NCBI GenBank assembly: GCA_965197585.1
Contig: OZ240215.1
Span: 2,336,001-2,400,000, forward strand
Length of the DNA: 64,000 nucleotides
Source of the DNA: Dehalococcoidia bacterium
GTDB taxonomy: Bacteria; Chloroflexota; Dehalococcoidia; Plut-88900
Direction: 5' to 3'
The position numbers were made by a program, and so were the translations under genes. This document shows positions 48,224-57,692 of the stretch, piece by piece. The number at the start of each line of letters is the position of its first letter. The first letter of the stretch is position 1. The notes under the pieces were generated by a model. That model was not told the origin of the DNA and made no database searches. It was given only the letters and a program-made list of their open reading frames with translations.

Positions 48224-49438
48224 ATGTTTGACCAAGCGCTTGAAGGCGTAAAAGTCCTCGACCTTACCCAGTACATCGCCGGGCCCTTCTGCACCAAGCT
48301 CATGGCCGACTACGGCGCAGACGTCATCAAGGTCGAAAGACCCGACGGCGGAGACCCGGCCCGGCGTCTCGGCCCCTTCTACGAAGACGACCCCCACCAC
48401 GAAAAGAGCGGTCTCTTCCTCCACCTCAACACCAACAAGAGGAGCGTCACCCTAAATCTGAAGGTGACGTCCGGCCGCTTCATCCTCCACGAGCTGGTCA
48501 AGGAAGCCGACATCCTGGTCGAGAACTACGCCCCCGGTGTAATGGACGCCTGGGGCCTCGGCTACGATGCTCTCTCTGAAATCAATCCCCGTCTCGTCAT
48601 GACTTCCATCAGCAACTTCGGGCAATCGGGGCCCTACCGGGACTACAAGGCCTCCGAGTTAGTCCTCTTCGGCATGGGTGGCGAGATGCACTCCATTGGC
48701 ATGGAGGGCCGCGAACCCCTCAAGCAGGGCGGCAATGTAGCCCAGTACGAGGCCGGGGCCACCGCAGCCGCCGCCACCATGGGCGCCCTCTGGGCCGCTG
48801 ACCGCGACGACGAGGGTCAGCACCTGGACATCTCGATATTTGAGACCCAGCTCGGGGGAGTGGATCGCCGTCACGCTGCGCTGATGGCCTACGCCTACTC
48901 GGGGCGGATTAGCACGCAGCAGGCCGGCTGGGCCGGACCCGCCTTCGCGTCCGGCACACTGCCTTGCAAGGACGGCTATATCGAGATGGCCGGCGGAGGG
49001 CACCTCTTCCCCAGGGTCGTCAAGATGCTGGGCAACCCCGAGTTCCTGCAAGACCCCAAGTGGCTGGAGCCCGGCGCGGGCGCCGACCCCGAACTCCAGG
49101 AAGAGCTCAACGAGTTCTTCATTCCCTGGCTTATGGAGCGCACCAAGCGCGAGATATGGGAGGAGGGGCAGAAGGCCCGCGTCCTATGCGGCCCCCTCTA
49201 TTCCATGACCGACCTGGTTCACGACCCCCAGTTCACCGGCAGGGCCTTCTGGACGAAGCTCGACCACCCCCACACGGGCCCCATCTCCTATCCGGGCGCT
49301 CCGACCCGGATGGCCGAGACCCCGCGCCAGATGAGACGTCCCGCCCCTGAGCTTGGCCAGCACCTGGAAGAGGTGTACGGGCACCTGGGCTACAGCAGGG
49401 ATGACCTGACAAGGCTCCGGGAGAGGGGCGTCATCTAA
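48224..49438 (+). CDS. CaiB/BaiF CoA-transferase subunit (catalytic Asp absent)
   Basis: IAGPFC..GADVIKVE, NTNKRSV, GGNVAQYEAG. Confidence 0.9.
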   Translation: MFDQALEGVKVLDLTQYIAGPFCTKLMADYGADVIKVERPDGGDPARRLGPFYEDDPHHEKSGLFLHLNTNKRSVTLNLKVTSGRFILHELVKEADILVENYAPGVMDAWGLGYDALSEINPRLVMTSISNFGQSGPYRDYKASELVLFGMGGEMHSIGMEGREPLKQGGNVAQYEAGATAAAATMGALWAADRDDEGQHLDISIFETQLGGVDRRHAALMAYAYSGRISTQQAGWAGPAFASGTLPCKDGYIEMAGGGHLFPRVVKMLGNPEFLQDPKWLEPGAGADPELQEELNEFFIPWLMERTKREIWEEGQKARVLCGPLYSMTDLVHDPQFTGRAFWTKLDHPHTGPISYPGAPTRMAETPRQMRRPAPELGQHLEEVYGHLGYSRDDLTRLRERGVI

Positions 49439-49441
49439 CCA

Positions 49442-50779
49442 ATGGCATTGCAGGTTAATGGAAAGGTGAAGAGCACGTCCAGACTCCCCCTGGAAGGCAT
49501 TCGTATACTCGACTTCTGCGTAGTCTGGGCCGGCCCATTCGCCACCCAGATCCTCGCCGACCTCGGCGCCGAGGTCATCAAGGTGGAGAATATCCACCAC
49601 TGGCAGCCGATGACACGGGGTTTCGTAGCGAGGCCCCCAAAGAACACTGTCCCTAATCTTCTGCCCATGCTAGGTGGCTATCCCGACAACGATCCCGGCC
49701 CCCGACCCTGGAACCGCTGCCCCGGATTCAACAACCTGTTCCGCAACAAGAAGAGCGTGACCATCGATCTCAAGCAGCCAAGGGGCAGGGAGATGCTCGA
49801 ACACCTCATAAAAGAGTGCGATATTTTCTACGAGAACAACGTTACCGAGACCATGGAGAAGCTGAATATCAGCTACGACATGCTCAAGGCTATCCGCCCC
49901 GACATCATCATGGTCCGAGTTCCCGCATACGGCAGCGTCGGGCCCTACAGGAACTACCGGGCACTGGGCGTGCACCTGGAATCGGTGATAGGACACTCGC
50001 TTATACGGGGATACCGGGACTCCGACCCCTCAACCAACAGCGCCATCTATATGGGCGACTACGCCGCGGGTGTCCAGGGCGCCTTCGCCGTAATGGCCGC
50101 TCTCCACTACCGGAAGCGGACAGGCAAGGGCCAGTTCATCGAGCTGTCCCAAGCCGAGAACGCCGTGTCTTTCCTTGCAGAGACGGTGATGGACTACACG
50201 CTCAATGGTCGGCTTCAGGGAACGCAGGGGAACAGGAATCACTTCGGCTCGGCCCCGTGCGGCGCATTCCCGGCTAAAGGCGATAACTGCTGGATCAGCA
50301 TTACCGTCTCCACAGACTCCGAATGGCGCGGCTTGTGCGAGGCTATGGGCAATCCCGACTGGTGCAAGGAAGAACGCTACTCGGACCAGTACTCCCGCTG
50401 GAAGAACGCCGACCAACTCGAAGAGAATCTGTCCCGCTGGACTGCCCAGCACGACAAGTACGAGGCATTCCATCTGCTCCAAGGACATGGCGTTCCCGCT
50501 GGCCCCGTCATGCACGCCGGAGACGCACACTCAGATCCCCACGTGAAGGAACGGGACTTCTTCAACAGGATCACTCACCCGGAGGCGGGCACCCACAACT
50601 ACCCCGGCTTCATATTCAACATGTCCCGCACCCCGCCCGTGGTCCGAAACCCTCCCTGCCGTCTCGGGGAGCACAATGAATACGTCTACAAAGAAATATT
50701 AAAGGTCTCGGACCGGGAATACGCCGAGCTTGAGGCCGAGGGCCACATAGGCATGGACTTCGACCCCGAAATCCAGTGA
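49442..50779 (+). CDS. CaiB/BaiF CoA-transferase (catalytic Asp present)
   Basis: WAGP..LADLGAEVIKVE, RNKKS, MGDYAAG, LGEHN. Confidence 0.9.
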   Translation: MALQVNGKVKSTSRLPLEGIRILDFCVVWAGPFATQILADLGAEVIKVENIHHWQPMTRGFVARPPKNTVPNLLPMLGGYPDNDPGPRPWNRCPGFNNLFRNKKSVTIDLKQPRGREMLEHLIKECDIFYENNVTETMEKLNISYDMLKAIRPDIIMVRVPAYGSVGPYRNYRALGVHLESVIGHSLIRGYRDSDPSTNSAIYMGDYAAGVQGAFAVMAALHYRKRTGKGQFIELSQAENAVSFLAETVMDYTLNGRLQGTQGNRNHFGSAPCGAFPAKGDNCWISITVSTDSEWRGLCEAMGNPDWCKEERYSDQYSRWKNADQLEENLSRWTAQHDKYEAFHLLQGHGVPAGPVMHAGDAHSDPHVKERDFFNRITHPEAGTHNYPGFIFNMSRTPPVVRNPPCRLGEHNEYVYKEILKVSDREYAELEAEGHIGMDFDPEIQ

Positions 50780-50802
50780 CCGGCCCACACAAGGAGGAAT
50801 CG

Positions 50803-51699
50803 ATGGCGAAGCAAGACCGGGTCGGATTCGTCGGCCTGGGGATAATGGGGAAGGCCCAGGCCTCCAACATCCTCAAGGCAGGTTTCCCTCTCACCGTCTA
50901 CAACAGGACCCGGAGCAAGGCCGAGGAACTGGGAGAGATGGGCGCCACCGTCGCCGACTCCCCAGCCGACGTCGCACGCAATAGCGACGTCATCATAACC
51001 ATGGTCAGCGATTCCCCGGACGTTGAGGAGGTCATCCTCGGGCCGGGCGGAGTCATAGAAACCGCCGCCGAGGGCTCCGTCGTCATCGATATGAGCTCCA
51101 TATCACCTCAGATCACTCAGGATATCGCCAAGGCCCTGGGCGGGAAGGGCGTCAGCATGCTTGATGCCCCGGTCAGCGGTGGGTCCTGGGGCGCTATCCA
51201 GGGCACCCTGTCCATCATGGTCGGAGGAGACAAGCCGGTCTTCGACCGCTGCATGCCCGTATTCGAAGCTATGGGCAAAACAATCATCTACACCGGCGCC
51301 AACGGCATGGGTCAGGTGACCAAGCTGGTGAACCAGATTATCGTCGGTGGAACGCTGGCGGCAGTCTGCGAGGGACTGGTGTTTGGGGCGAAGGCCGGCA
51401 TAGACCTTGGCCCCGTGTTCGAAGCCGTAGCCGGTGGGGCGGCAGGCTCATGGCAGCTCCAGAACCTGGGCTCACGCGTTCTCAAAAGAGACTTCGACCC
51501 CGGGTTCATGGTCAAGCTCATGCACAAAGACCTCCGCCTGATCAGCGAGGCAGGCCGGGAGATGCAGCTTCCTCTGCCGCTGACCGGTCTGATCCAGCAG
51601 TTTTACAATGTCCTCCAGAACGACGGCTACGGCAACGAGGGTACGCAGGCCTACGTCAAGGTCATGGAAAAGCTTGCCGGAGTCGAGGCGCGGGGCTAG
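50803..51699 (+). CDS. Beta-hydroxyacid dehydrogenase (2-hydroxy-3-oxopropionate reductase-like)
   Basis: GFVGLGIMG, DAPVSGG, TKLVNQ, KDL; RBS AAGGAGG. Confidence 0.9.
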   Translation: MAKQDRVGFVGLGIMGKAQASNILKAGFPLTVYNRTRSKAEELGEMGATVADSPADVARNSDVIITMVSDSPDVEEVILGPGGVIETAAEGSVVIDMSSISPQITQDIAKALGGKGVSMLDAPVSGGSWGAIQGTLSIMVGGDKPVFDRCMPVFEAMGKTIIYTGANGMGQVTKLVNQIIVGGTLAAVCEGLVFGAKAGIDLGPVFEAVAGGAAGSWQLQNLGSRVLKRDFDPGFMVKLMHKDLRLISEAGREMQLPLPLTGLIQQFYNVLQNDGYGNEGTQAYVKVMEKLAGVEARG

Positions 51700-51708
51700 G
51701 AGCTTGTC

Positions 51709-52743
51709 GTGAAGATGCACTTCGGCGTCGGGATGGGGGGTACCCTCACCACAAAGAACGTGGGCGAGCACGCCAAGGTCGTCGAGGACAGCGGGTTCTC
51801 CTACCTCACTCTGGTCGACTCCCCTATCCGCTCCCGGGACGTCCACATAATGATGACCCTGGCCGCCCAGGCCACGAACCGGATCAGGATAGGGCACGGG
51901 GTCGTGGACCCGGTGACCATCCACCCCTCGGTCATCGCCAATATGACGGCCACCATCAACGAGTTGTCGGATGGGCGGGCGTTCATTGGTCTTGGTACGG
52001 GCAATCCCATCGTGAAGAACCGTAAGAAGGTCACCCACGCCGTCATGCGGGAGGCCGTCCACTTCATGCGAAAGTTCATGGCCGGTGAGGAAGCCGAGTT
52101 CCAGGGTGTGAAGATGCGCTCTTTCTGGATCGGCGAACCCCTGCCCATCTACCTCTCGGCCCACGGGCCCAGGACCATGCAGCTTGCCGGCGAAATCGCC
52201 GACGGACTGATCTCCCTCTGCACCGACCCCGTGTACGTCGAATGGGAGCTTAAGCAGCTTCGCAAAGGCGTGGAAAGGGCTGGCCGGGACTTCTCCAAGA
52301 TAGACACGTGGGCCCGCACCATGCTCTACGTTGCCGACTCCAAGGAGGCCGCCCGACGCGAGACCTCCGCCTACCCCTCCAGCTACGCAGACCTCTGCGA
52401 CTTGCTCGAAAGGGACGACTCCAACGTCGCTGAACTGCGGGAAGCCCTCGAAGCCAACGAACCCGGCTCCGTCCAGGCCCTGATCAACGACTCCCGCACC
52501 TTCGCCCAGGCCCTGGACCCGGACGTCGCCGAGAGGGTCGATGCTCCCCATTCCCACGTCGTAACCCAGCGCCTCATCGACTTCTACCACATCTCCGGCT
52601 CCCCCTCCGAGATGTGCGAAAGGATCGAGATACTGGGCGAGTTGGGGATAAAGACCATCTCCATGACCGCCTACACTCTTATCGACAAGATAGGCATGTT
52701 CCGCAAGGTCGGCGAGCAGATCATTCCCCGCTTCTCCCAGTGA
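51709..52743 (+). CDS. LLM-class (luciferase-like, possibly F420-dependent) oxidoreductase
   Basis: ATNRIRIGHGV, LSDGRAFIGLGTG, PIYLSAHGPRTMQLAGEIADG. Confidence 0.88.
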   Translation: MKMHFGVGMGGTLTTKNVGEHAKVVEDSGFSYLTLVDSPIRSRDVHIMMTLAAQATNRIRIGHGVVDPVTIHPSVIANMTATINELSDGRAFIGLGTGNPIVKNRKKVTHAVMREAVHFMRKFMAGEEAEFQGVKMRSFWIGEPLPIYLSAHGPRTMQLAGEIADGLISLCTDPVYVEWELKQLRKGVERAGRDFSKIDTWARTMLYVADSKEAARRETSAYPSSYADLCDLLERDDSNVAELREALEANEPGSVQALINDSRTFAQALDPDVAERVDAPHSHVVTQRLIDFYHISGSPSEMCERIEILGELGIKTISMTAYTLIDKIGMFRKVGEQIIPRFSQ

Positions 52744-52937
52744 ACCGGATTTCGGGGGTCCTGCCCTCGGCCAACTTGACAGCCTGAATCCTCCCCCACT
52801 ATCCTAGTATCATCCAGCGGGCCTTGCGGCAGCATGTCTGCCGAGGTGGTGGAGATATCGTCGTAGGGTTTGCAAGTTCCCTGTTCCCCAAGCGGAGTTC
52901 ATCAGAGTCCAACCAATATTTAGGAGGGCCTTGTACG

Positions 52938-54338
52938 ATGCTAGGAAAACAAACATATAGCAGACCCGGCCGTGGAAAGCTGACGCTTGCCTTGGTGGGG
53001 CTTGCTCTCGTTGCATTGCTCGTGGCGGTGGCCTGTGGCGCGACCGCGACAGCTACCCCCGAGGCCTCGGAGCCGGAGGCTACGGCAATGCCGGAGGCCA
53101 CCGCAATGCCGGAGGCTACGGCAATGCCAGATGCCACGGCAATGCCAGATGCTACGGCAATGCCAGATGCTACGGCAATGCCAGATGCTACGGCAATGCC
53201 AGAGCCGGAAGGCCCCCGAGCCATGGCCGAGTGGACGCTGGACAACCCCGCAACCCTTGAAGAGATAGAAGCGGCCCTTGAGACCCACCGCGGTGAGTCC
53301 TTGGTACTCGCCACCTGGGGCGGCGCCTACGAAGCGGCCCAGCGTCAGGCCTACATTACCCCCTTCCAGGACCAGTTCGGAGTGGAAATCGTTACCGACA
53401 CAATGGCCTACGCCAAGGTCAGAGCCCAGGTAGAGACTGGCAACCTCCAATGGCACGTGCTGGACTACGGCGGACAGGCCGCCTGGCAAGCCGCTACCGA
53501 TGGCTACCTGGAACCGCTGGACTTCAGCATTGTCGATACCAGGGACTTCCTGGAAGCCGGTATATCCGACTACTTCGGCGGTGGAGGCATTACCTGGTCC
53601 AACGTGGTCGCGTACAGCCTCCAGTCCGTGGACGAAAAATGGGGCGGACGCCACCCCCAGACCATGGCCGACATCTTCGACTTCGAAGGCTTCCCGGGCG
53701 CACGCTCCCTTGCCGCCCCGGAGTGGAGCTGGAAGACCAGTCTTAGATTCGCCCTTCTCTCCAGGTACCCGGAGCTTCTGGAGACCACCGAGGGCCGAGC
53801 CTCTCTCACACGGCTGTCCGACGAGCAGATTGTAGAGGCATACGAGGTCATGGACGAGATCGGCCCCGAGATCAAGGTTTGGTGGAGCTCGGGTGTAGAC
53901 TGCCCGGCCAACCTGATATCCCGGGAGATCGACCTCTGCACGGCCTGGAATGGACGTATCTACGACGCCTCGTCCCAGGGTGAGCCGGTTGCAATCTGCT
54001 GGACCTGCGGGCACATGATAAACACTGACTCCTGGGCAATACCCAGAGGCCTGAAAGACCAGGACGCCAACGTGTTTGAACTGGCCCAGCTCTTCATGGC
54101 CTGGACCTCCTTCCCCGAGAGGAACGCTGAGATTTCCAAGTACATCAGCTACGGCCCAATGAACCTGGCCTCCGTTCCCATCCTCAACGGCCCGGATTTC
54201 GACGAGGTGAGAGACCACCTTCCCACTTCAGCAGGCAACGTCCCCTACGCCATCGTCGAAGACGAAAACCATGATGGTCAGGTAGGAAGTGTCATGGGCG
54301 AACAGTGGGTCGCCTGGCAGCAGTCCCTTACCAATTAG
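52938..54338 (+). CDS. ABC transporter substrate-binding lipoprotein (PotD/polyamine-like)
   Basis: Lipobox AVAC, TWGGAYE, AWNGRI, ISYGP; RBS AGGAGG. Confidence 0.85.
   Translation: MLGKQTYSRPGRGKLTLALVGLALVALLVAVACGATATATPEASEPEATAMPEATAMPEATAMPDATAMPDATAMPDATAMPDATAMPEPEGPRAMAEWTLDNPATLEEIEAALETHRGESLVLATWGGAYEAAQRQAYITPFQDQFGVEIVTDTMAYAKVRAQVETGNLQWHVLDYGGQAAWQAATDGYLEPLDFSIVDTRDFLEAGISDYFGGGGITWSNVVAYSLQSVDEKWGGRHPQTMADIFDFEGFPGARSLAAPEWSWKTSLRFALLSRYPELLETTEGRASLTRLSDEQIVEAYEVMDEIGPEIKVWWSSGVDCPANLISREIDLCTAWNGRIYDASSQGEPVAICWTCGHMINTDSWAIPRGLKDQDANVFELAQLFMAWTSFPERNAEISKYISYGPMNLASVPILNGPDFDEVRDHLPTSAGNVPYAIVEDENHDGQVGSVMGEQWVAWQQSLTN
53073..53198 (+). repeat. Seven 18-bp tandem units encoding P(E/D)ATAM
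   Basis: CCRGAKGCYACSGCAATG x7. Confidence 0.95.
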
Positions 54339-54359
54339 ACCCCGTTTCACCTGCATAGC

Positions 54360-54401
54360 AATAGAAGGGGCTCCCGGCAATGCCGGGGGCCCCTCTATTT
54401 T
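54360..54401 (+). terminator. Intrinsic terminator after the binding-protein gene
   Basis: AATAGAAGGGGCTCCCGGCA / TGCCGGGGGCCCCTCTATT followed by T residues. Confidence 0.75.
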
Positions 54402-54549
54402 CTCCGGTTAACAATCTCCAATCACCGATGGTGCAACACCGGAGAAATCGGCAGAATTCTCGTTGTGAACCCGCTTGCTAACCCATATTCTTTATGTCAA
54501 AATCAGAGGAGAATCCAATATCGGAGGGTGTAGAACAACCCAAATAATA

Positions 54550-54666
54550 CATTTCAGCAGTCCCGCTGGGGAGGGTGCCTTAAGGGCCAGGGGCCAACGG
54601 GACTGAAGGTCAAATCCAATTTCGCAAAGTAGGTGGCGGTCTACGTGACTGCCTCTTTGCTTTTTG
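54550..54666 (+). promoter_or_regulatory. Structured leader and terminator-like attenuator upstream of mgtE
   Basis: CAGTCCCG/CGGGACTG stem with internal loops; GCAAAG..GGCGGTC/GACTGCC..CTTTGC followed by TTTTT. Confidence 0.55.
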
Positions 54667-54684
54667 GGGCTCTACCCCTGGCCC

Positions 54685-56052
54685 ATGCTAGATCAGATAA
54701 ACCAACAGATTAGCCCCCCTCCGCCACCCGTCCAGGAGATAAGGTCACACCTTCACAGGGGAGACCTGCATCAGGCGGTAATTGCCCTAGAGGCGCTTCA
54801 GCCACCCGAGAGGGCGTCAGTCCTCTTTCAGATCGACACCAGGTCTAGGCAGCTCCTCTTCTCGGGCCTCACCCACGAGGCTGCAGGCCGCGTCCTGTCC
54901 GTCCTGGAAGTGAGTGACGCCATGGAAATCATACGGGGAGCGGACCCCATTCTGGTCGCCCTTTGGCTCGACCACGCCGGCACTGTCGCTGCCGCCCAGA
55001 TAATCCGGGAATTTCCCGTGCCCCTTGCCGGCAGGGTGCTGGACGCCATCTCCAACCCCGAGGCTCTCGTACCCCTAATAGAACAGTCCGAAAGCACCGC
55101 AGGGGCGCTCATGACCCCCGAGTTCATCGCCTTCAAGGAGTGGATGACCGTCTCCGATGCCATGGCCTGGCTCCGAAAGAACGGCCCTTCCATTGACACT
55201 ACCGACCGGGTCTACATCGTCGACATGTGGGACCGTCTCAAGGGTGCGGCCGCCATGAGAGACCTCATCATGGCCGAACCCGACTCTCCCATGCAAAACA
55301 TGATGGACTCACGGCTCATCTACGTGGCGCCCGGCACCCGCCAGGAGGAATGCGCTCAACTGATGCTCCGGCACAAACTGTCCAGCATTCCCGTGACCGA
55401 CGAACACGGCACCCTCCTCGGAGCCATCTCGATGAACCAGGCCGTGGACGCGATGGAGGAGAAGGTAACCAAGGACATGTACAGGCTGGCGGCCCTGTCC
55501 CAGCCGGAGCGGCTTGGGACCCCCGTCTCGGCTTCCCTCAGGAACCGGCTTCCCTGGCTGGTGCTGAATCTGGTCACCATCGGAATCGGCGCAGTGGTGA
55601 TCAGCCTATTTGAATCAACCATAGCCAGGATGGTGATACTGGCCGCCTTCATCCCCGTCGTGGCGAGCCAGGGGGGAGTGGGGGGCGCTCAGACCATCAC
55701 GCTTATGGTCAGGGGTTTCGCCCTGGGCGACATCAGCTTCCGAGACTCCAGAAGGGCGCTCGTCAAGGAGTTCGTCCTGGGGCTGACCAACGGCCTGGTG
55801 CTCGGTGTGATGGTAGGGGTCGTGTCCTACTTGTGGAAGGGCAGTATCGTCCTGGGTTTGGCTTTGGGCATTGCCATGCTGGGAACTATGGTGATGGCCG
55901 GGGTCAGTGGTGTAGCCGTGCCCCTTGGCCTTAAGCTCTTCAGGGTAGACCCAGCCGTAGCCTCAATGGTCTTCGTAACCACGATAACCGACATCTGCGG
56001 CTTCCTGCTGTTCCTGGGATTGGCAGGCATACTGCTCAATACTTTGGGCTAG
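54685..56052 (+). CDS. mgtE: Magnesium transporter MgtE
   Basis: TAGALMTPEF CBS pair, RLPWL, DPAVAS..TTITD. Confidence 0.92.
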   Translation: MLDQINQQISPPPPPVQEIRSHLHRGDLHQAVIALEALQPPERASVLFQIDTRSRQLLFSGLTHEAAGRVLSVLEVSDAMEIIRGADPILVALWLDHAGTVAAAQIIREFPVPLAGRVLDAISNPEALVPLIEQSESTAGALMTPEFIAFKEWMTVSDAMAWLRKNGPSIDTTDRVYIVDMWDRLKGAAAMRDLIMAEPDSPMQNMMDSRLIYVAPGTRQEECAQLMLRHKLSSIPVTDEHGTLLGAISMNQAVDAMEEKVTKDMYRLAALSQPERLGTPVSASLRNRLPWLVLNLVTIGIGAVVISLFESTIARMVILAAFIPVVASQGGVGGAQTITLMVRGFALGDISFRDSRRALVKEFVLGLTNGLVLGVMVGVVSYLWKGSIVLGLALGIAMLGTMVMAGVSGVAVPLGLKLFRVDPAVASMVFVTTITDICGFLLFLGLAGILLNTLG

Positions 56053-56089
56053 GATCGGGCACGAAGAAGCCGCCAGCGCTCCGAGCGGG

Positions 56090-56401
56090 CTATCCCGGCG
56101 ACAGCTGGATCTCTTCGCCGTCTACCCTGACCTTGTAGGTGGAGATGCTATCCGAGGCAGGCATGGTAAGGGCCTCTCCCGTAGTCATGTCGAACTCCGC
56201 CCCGTGCCACGGGCAGACCACAATGTTTCCCTCCACCTCCCCCTCCTCCAGCGGGCCTCCGGCATGGGGACACTCCGCCCCGAATGCGTAGTACTCCCCG
56301 TTCACGTTGGCTACCGCCACGTCCTCGTCGTCAACCTCCACCAGGATCATCTGCCCCGGCTCGATTTCCGAGGTCTTTGCAACGGTCACAAATTCAGCCA
56401 T
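56090..56401 (-). CDS. Rieske [2Fe-2S] ferredoxin
   Basis: CPHAG and CPWHG ligands. Confidence 0.92.
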   Translation of the reverse strand: MAEFVTVAKTSEIEPGQMILVEVDDEDVAVANVNGEYYAFGAECPHAGGPLEEGEVEGNIVVCPWHGAEFDMTTGEALTMPASDSISTYKVRVDGEEIQLSPG

Positions 56402-56458
56402 CTGGGTATCCTCTTCCTACAGTCGGTAGCCTTCGTGTCGTTGTACGGGAGTCATAGG

Positions 56459-56487
56459 AAAAGCCCCTGCCGGTAGGGGCTTCAAAA
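56459..56487 (-). terminator. Terminator-like hairpin after the sufR-like gene
   Basis: AAGCCCCT / AGGGGCTT stem with flanking T runs. Confidence 0.55.
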
Positions 56488-56520
56488 CGTCCGTCCCAAT
56501 CTAAGCCGGATATATTCTTG

Positions 56521-57177
56521 TTAGGGTTCTGCGATAAAGAACTGGCAGTTGTGAGCCCCACCCACGACCGAGCATTCAAGCATCACGTCCCGTGACAGGA
56601 CTTCCTCCAGGAAAGCGACCTCCATGTCGCATATGTCCGCGCACTCGTTGGCCACTTGCAGATATGGGCAATTGTGTGCGGTGACCATGAACCCGTTCTC
56701 GTCCTTCTCCCACGTGGCCAGAGACCCGATCTTGTTCATTATCCGGGTCGCACCCTTGATCCGGTCGCCCAAGTCTTCCGACTGCACCTCATCGGCGTTG
56801 GACGCGGCTATATCCTCCCCAACCAGCTTAAGCACCTCTTTCACGGAGTCATTGCCGTAAAGTTTGCGCATATTGCTGATCAGACTGACCGCCAGGTGGT
56901 CGTAGTCCTTCGGGAAGAGTTCCTGCGCCTGATCGGTGAGGGAGTAGACGATGCGAGGGCGTCCAGCGCGGCCCGTGCGCAACTCTCGGCCCTTGACCAG
57001 GTTGCCGCGCTCCATGACGTTGATGTGGGCCCTGACGGTGACGGACATGATTTGCAGCTTACGGCCCAGCTGGTCGACACTCATGCCGCCATTGAGCTTG
57101 ATGCAGTCGAGTATCTGCCTTCGCGTATGCTGCATTTCGGACCGTGTTTCTTCTAGCTTCAAGTGGGCCCCCGCCAC
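56521..57177 (-). CDS. SufR-like ArsR/HTH Fe-S-responsive regulator (start may be 57135)
   Basis: TVRAHI..GRPRIVYSLT, FPKDY, HNCPY..IC..E..C. Confidence 0.8.
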   Translation of the reverse strand: MAGAHLKLEETRSEMQHTRRQILDCIKLNGGMSVDQLGRKLQIMSVTVRAHINVMERGNLVKGRELRTGRAGRPRIVYSLTDQAQELFPKDYDHLAVSLISNMRKLYGNDSVKEVLKLVGEDIAASNADEVQSEDLGDRIKGATRIMNKIGSLATWEKDENGFMVTAHNCPYLQVANECADICDMEVAFLEEVLSRDVMLECSVVGGAHNCQFFIAEP

Positions 57178-57408
57178 CCTTGGCGCCCATTGGATACGAT
57201 GAAGATACTATACACGCTACGGAAATCAAGTCAAACGCTCGCCTCTGATCAACCGCCGTATGGCAGCTGAGGTCAGAGCAACTTTGGACCGCCTTACCTT
57301 CAGTCGTCGTCTTCCGACTCCTCCTTTTGAAGTCGGTTCCCCGCTCCAATGCAGCAGGCGCTTTCAGACGAGGGTTCTCACCTGCTTGCAATTAGTCGAG
57401 TACCTCGT

Positions 57409-57428
57409 TACACGTTAACGTGTATACT
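57409..57428 (+). promoter_or_regulatory. Perfect 16-bp palindromic operator overlapping the -10 (TATACT) of the leaderless XRE gene
   Basis: TACACGTTAACGTGTA at 57409-57424. Confidence 0.6.
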
Positions 57429-57434
57429 CAAGCA

Positions 57435-57692
57435 ATGACAGAAGAAGATCCCGACTCCCGAAACTGGAACGCCGACGCCGTAAGGGAGCTCAGAAGCCGC
57501 ATGGGGTTGACCCAGCGCCAGATGGCCCGGCGCCTCGGCGTCCGGCAACAGACCGTCAGCGAATGGGAGACGGGGCTCTACGCTCCGAGGGGCGCTTCCG
57601 TCACCCTCCTCCGCATGGTCTCCGAGGAGAGCGGCCCCGCCTACAACACGAACCGCGGCGAGATAGTTCAGGAGGACGAAGACTCCAGGTGA
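57435..57692 (+). CDS. XRE-family HTH transcriptional regulator
   Basis: LRSRMGLTQRQMARRLGVRQQTVSEWETG. Confidence 0.88.
   Translation: MTEEDPDSRNWNADAVRELRSRMGLTQRQMARRLGVRQQTVSEWETGLYAPRGASVTLLRMVSEESGPAYNTNRGEIVQEDEDSR

Noticed and set aside
53073-53198. Tandem repeat as a CRISPR array
   Set aside because: No spacers; in-frame 18-bp coding repeat; no cas genes.
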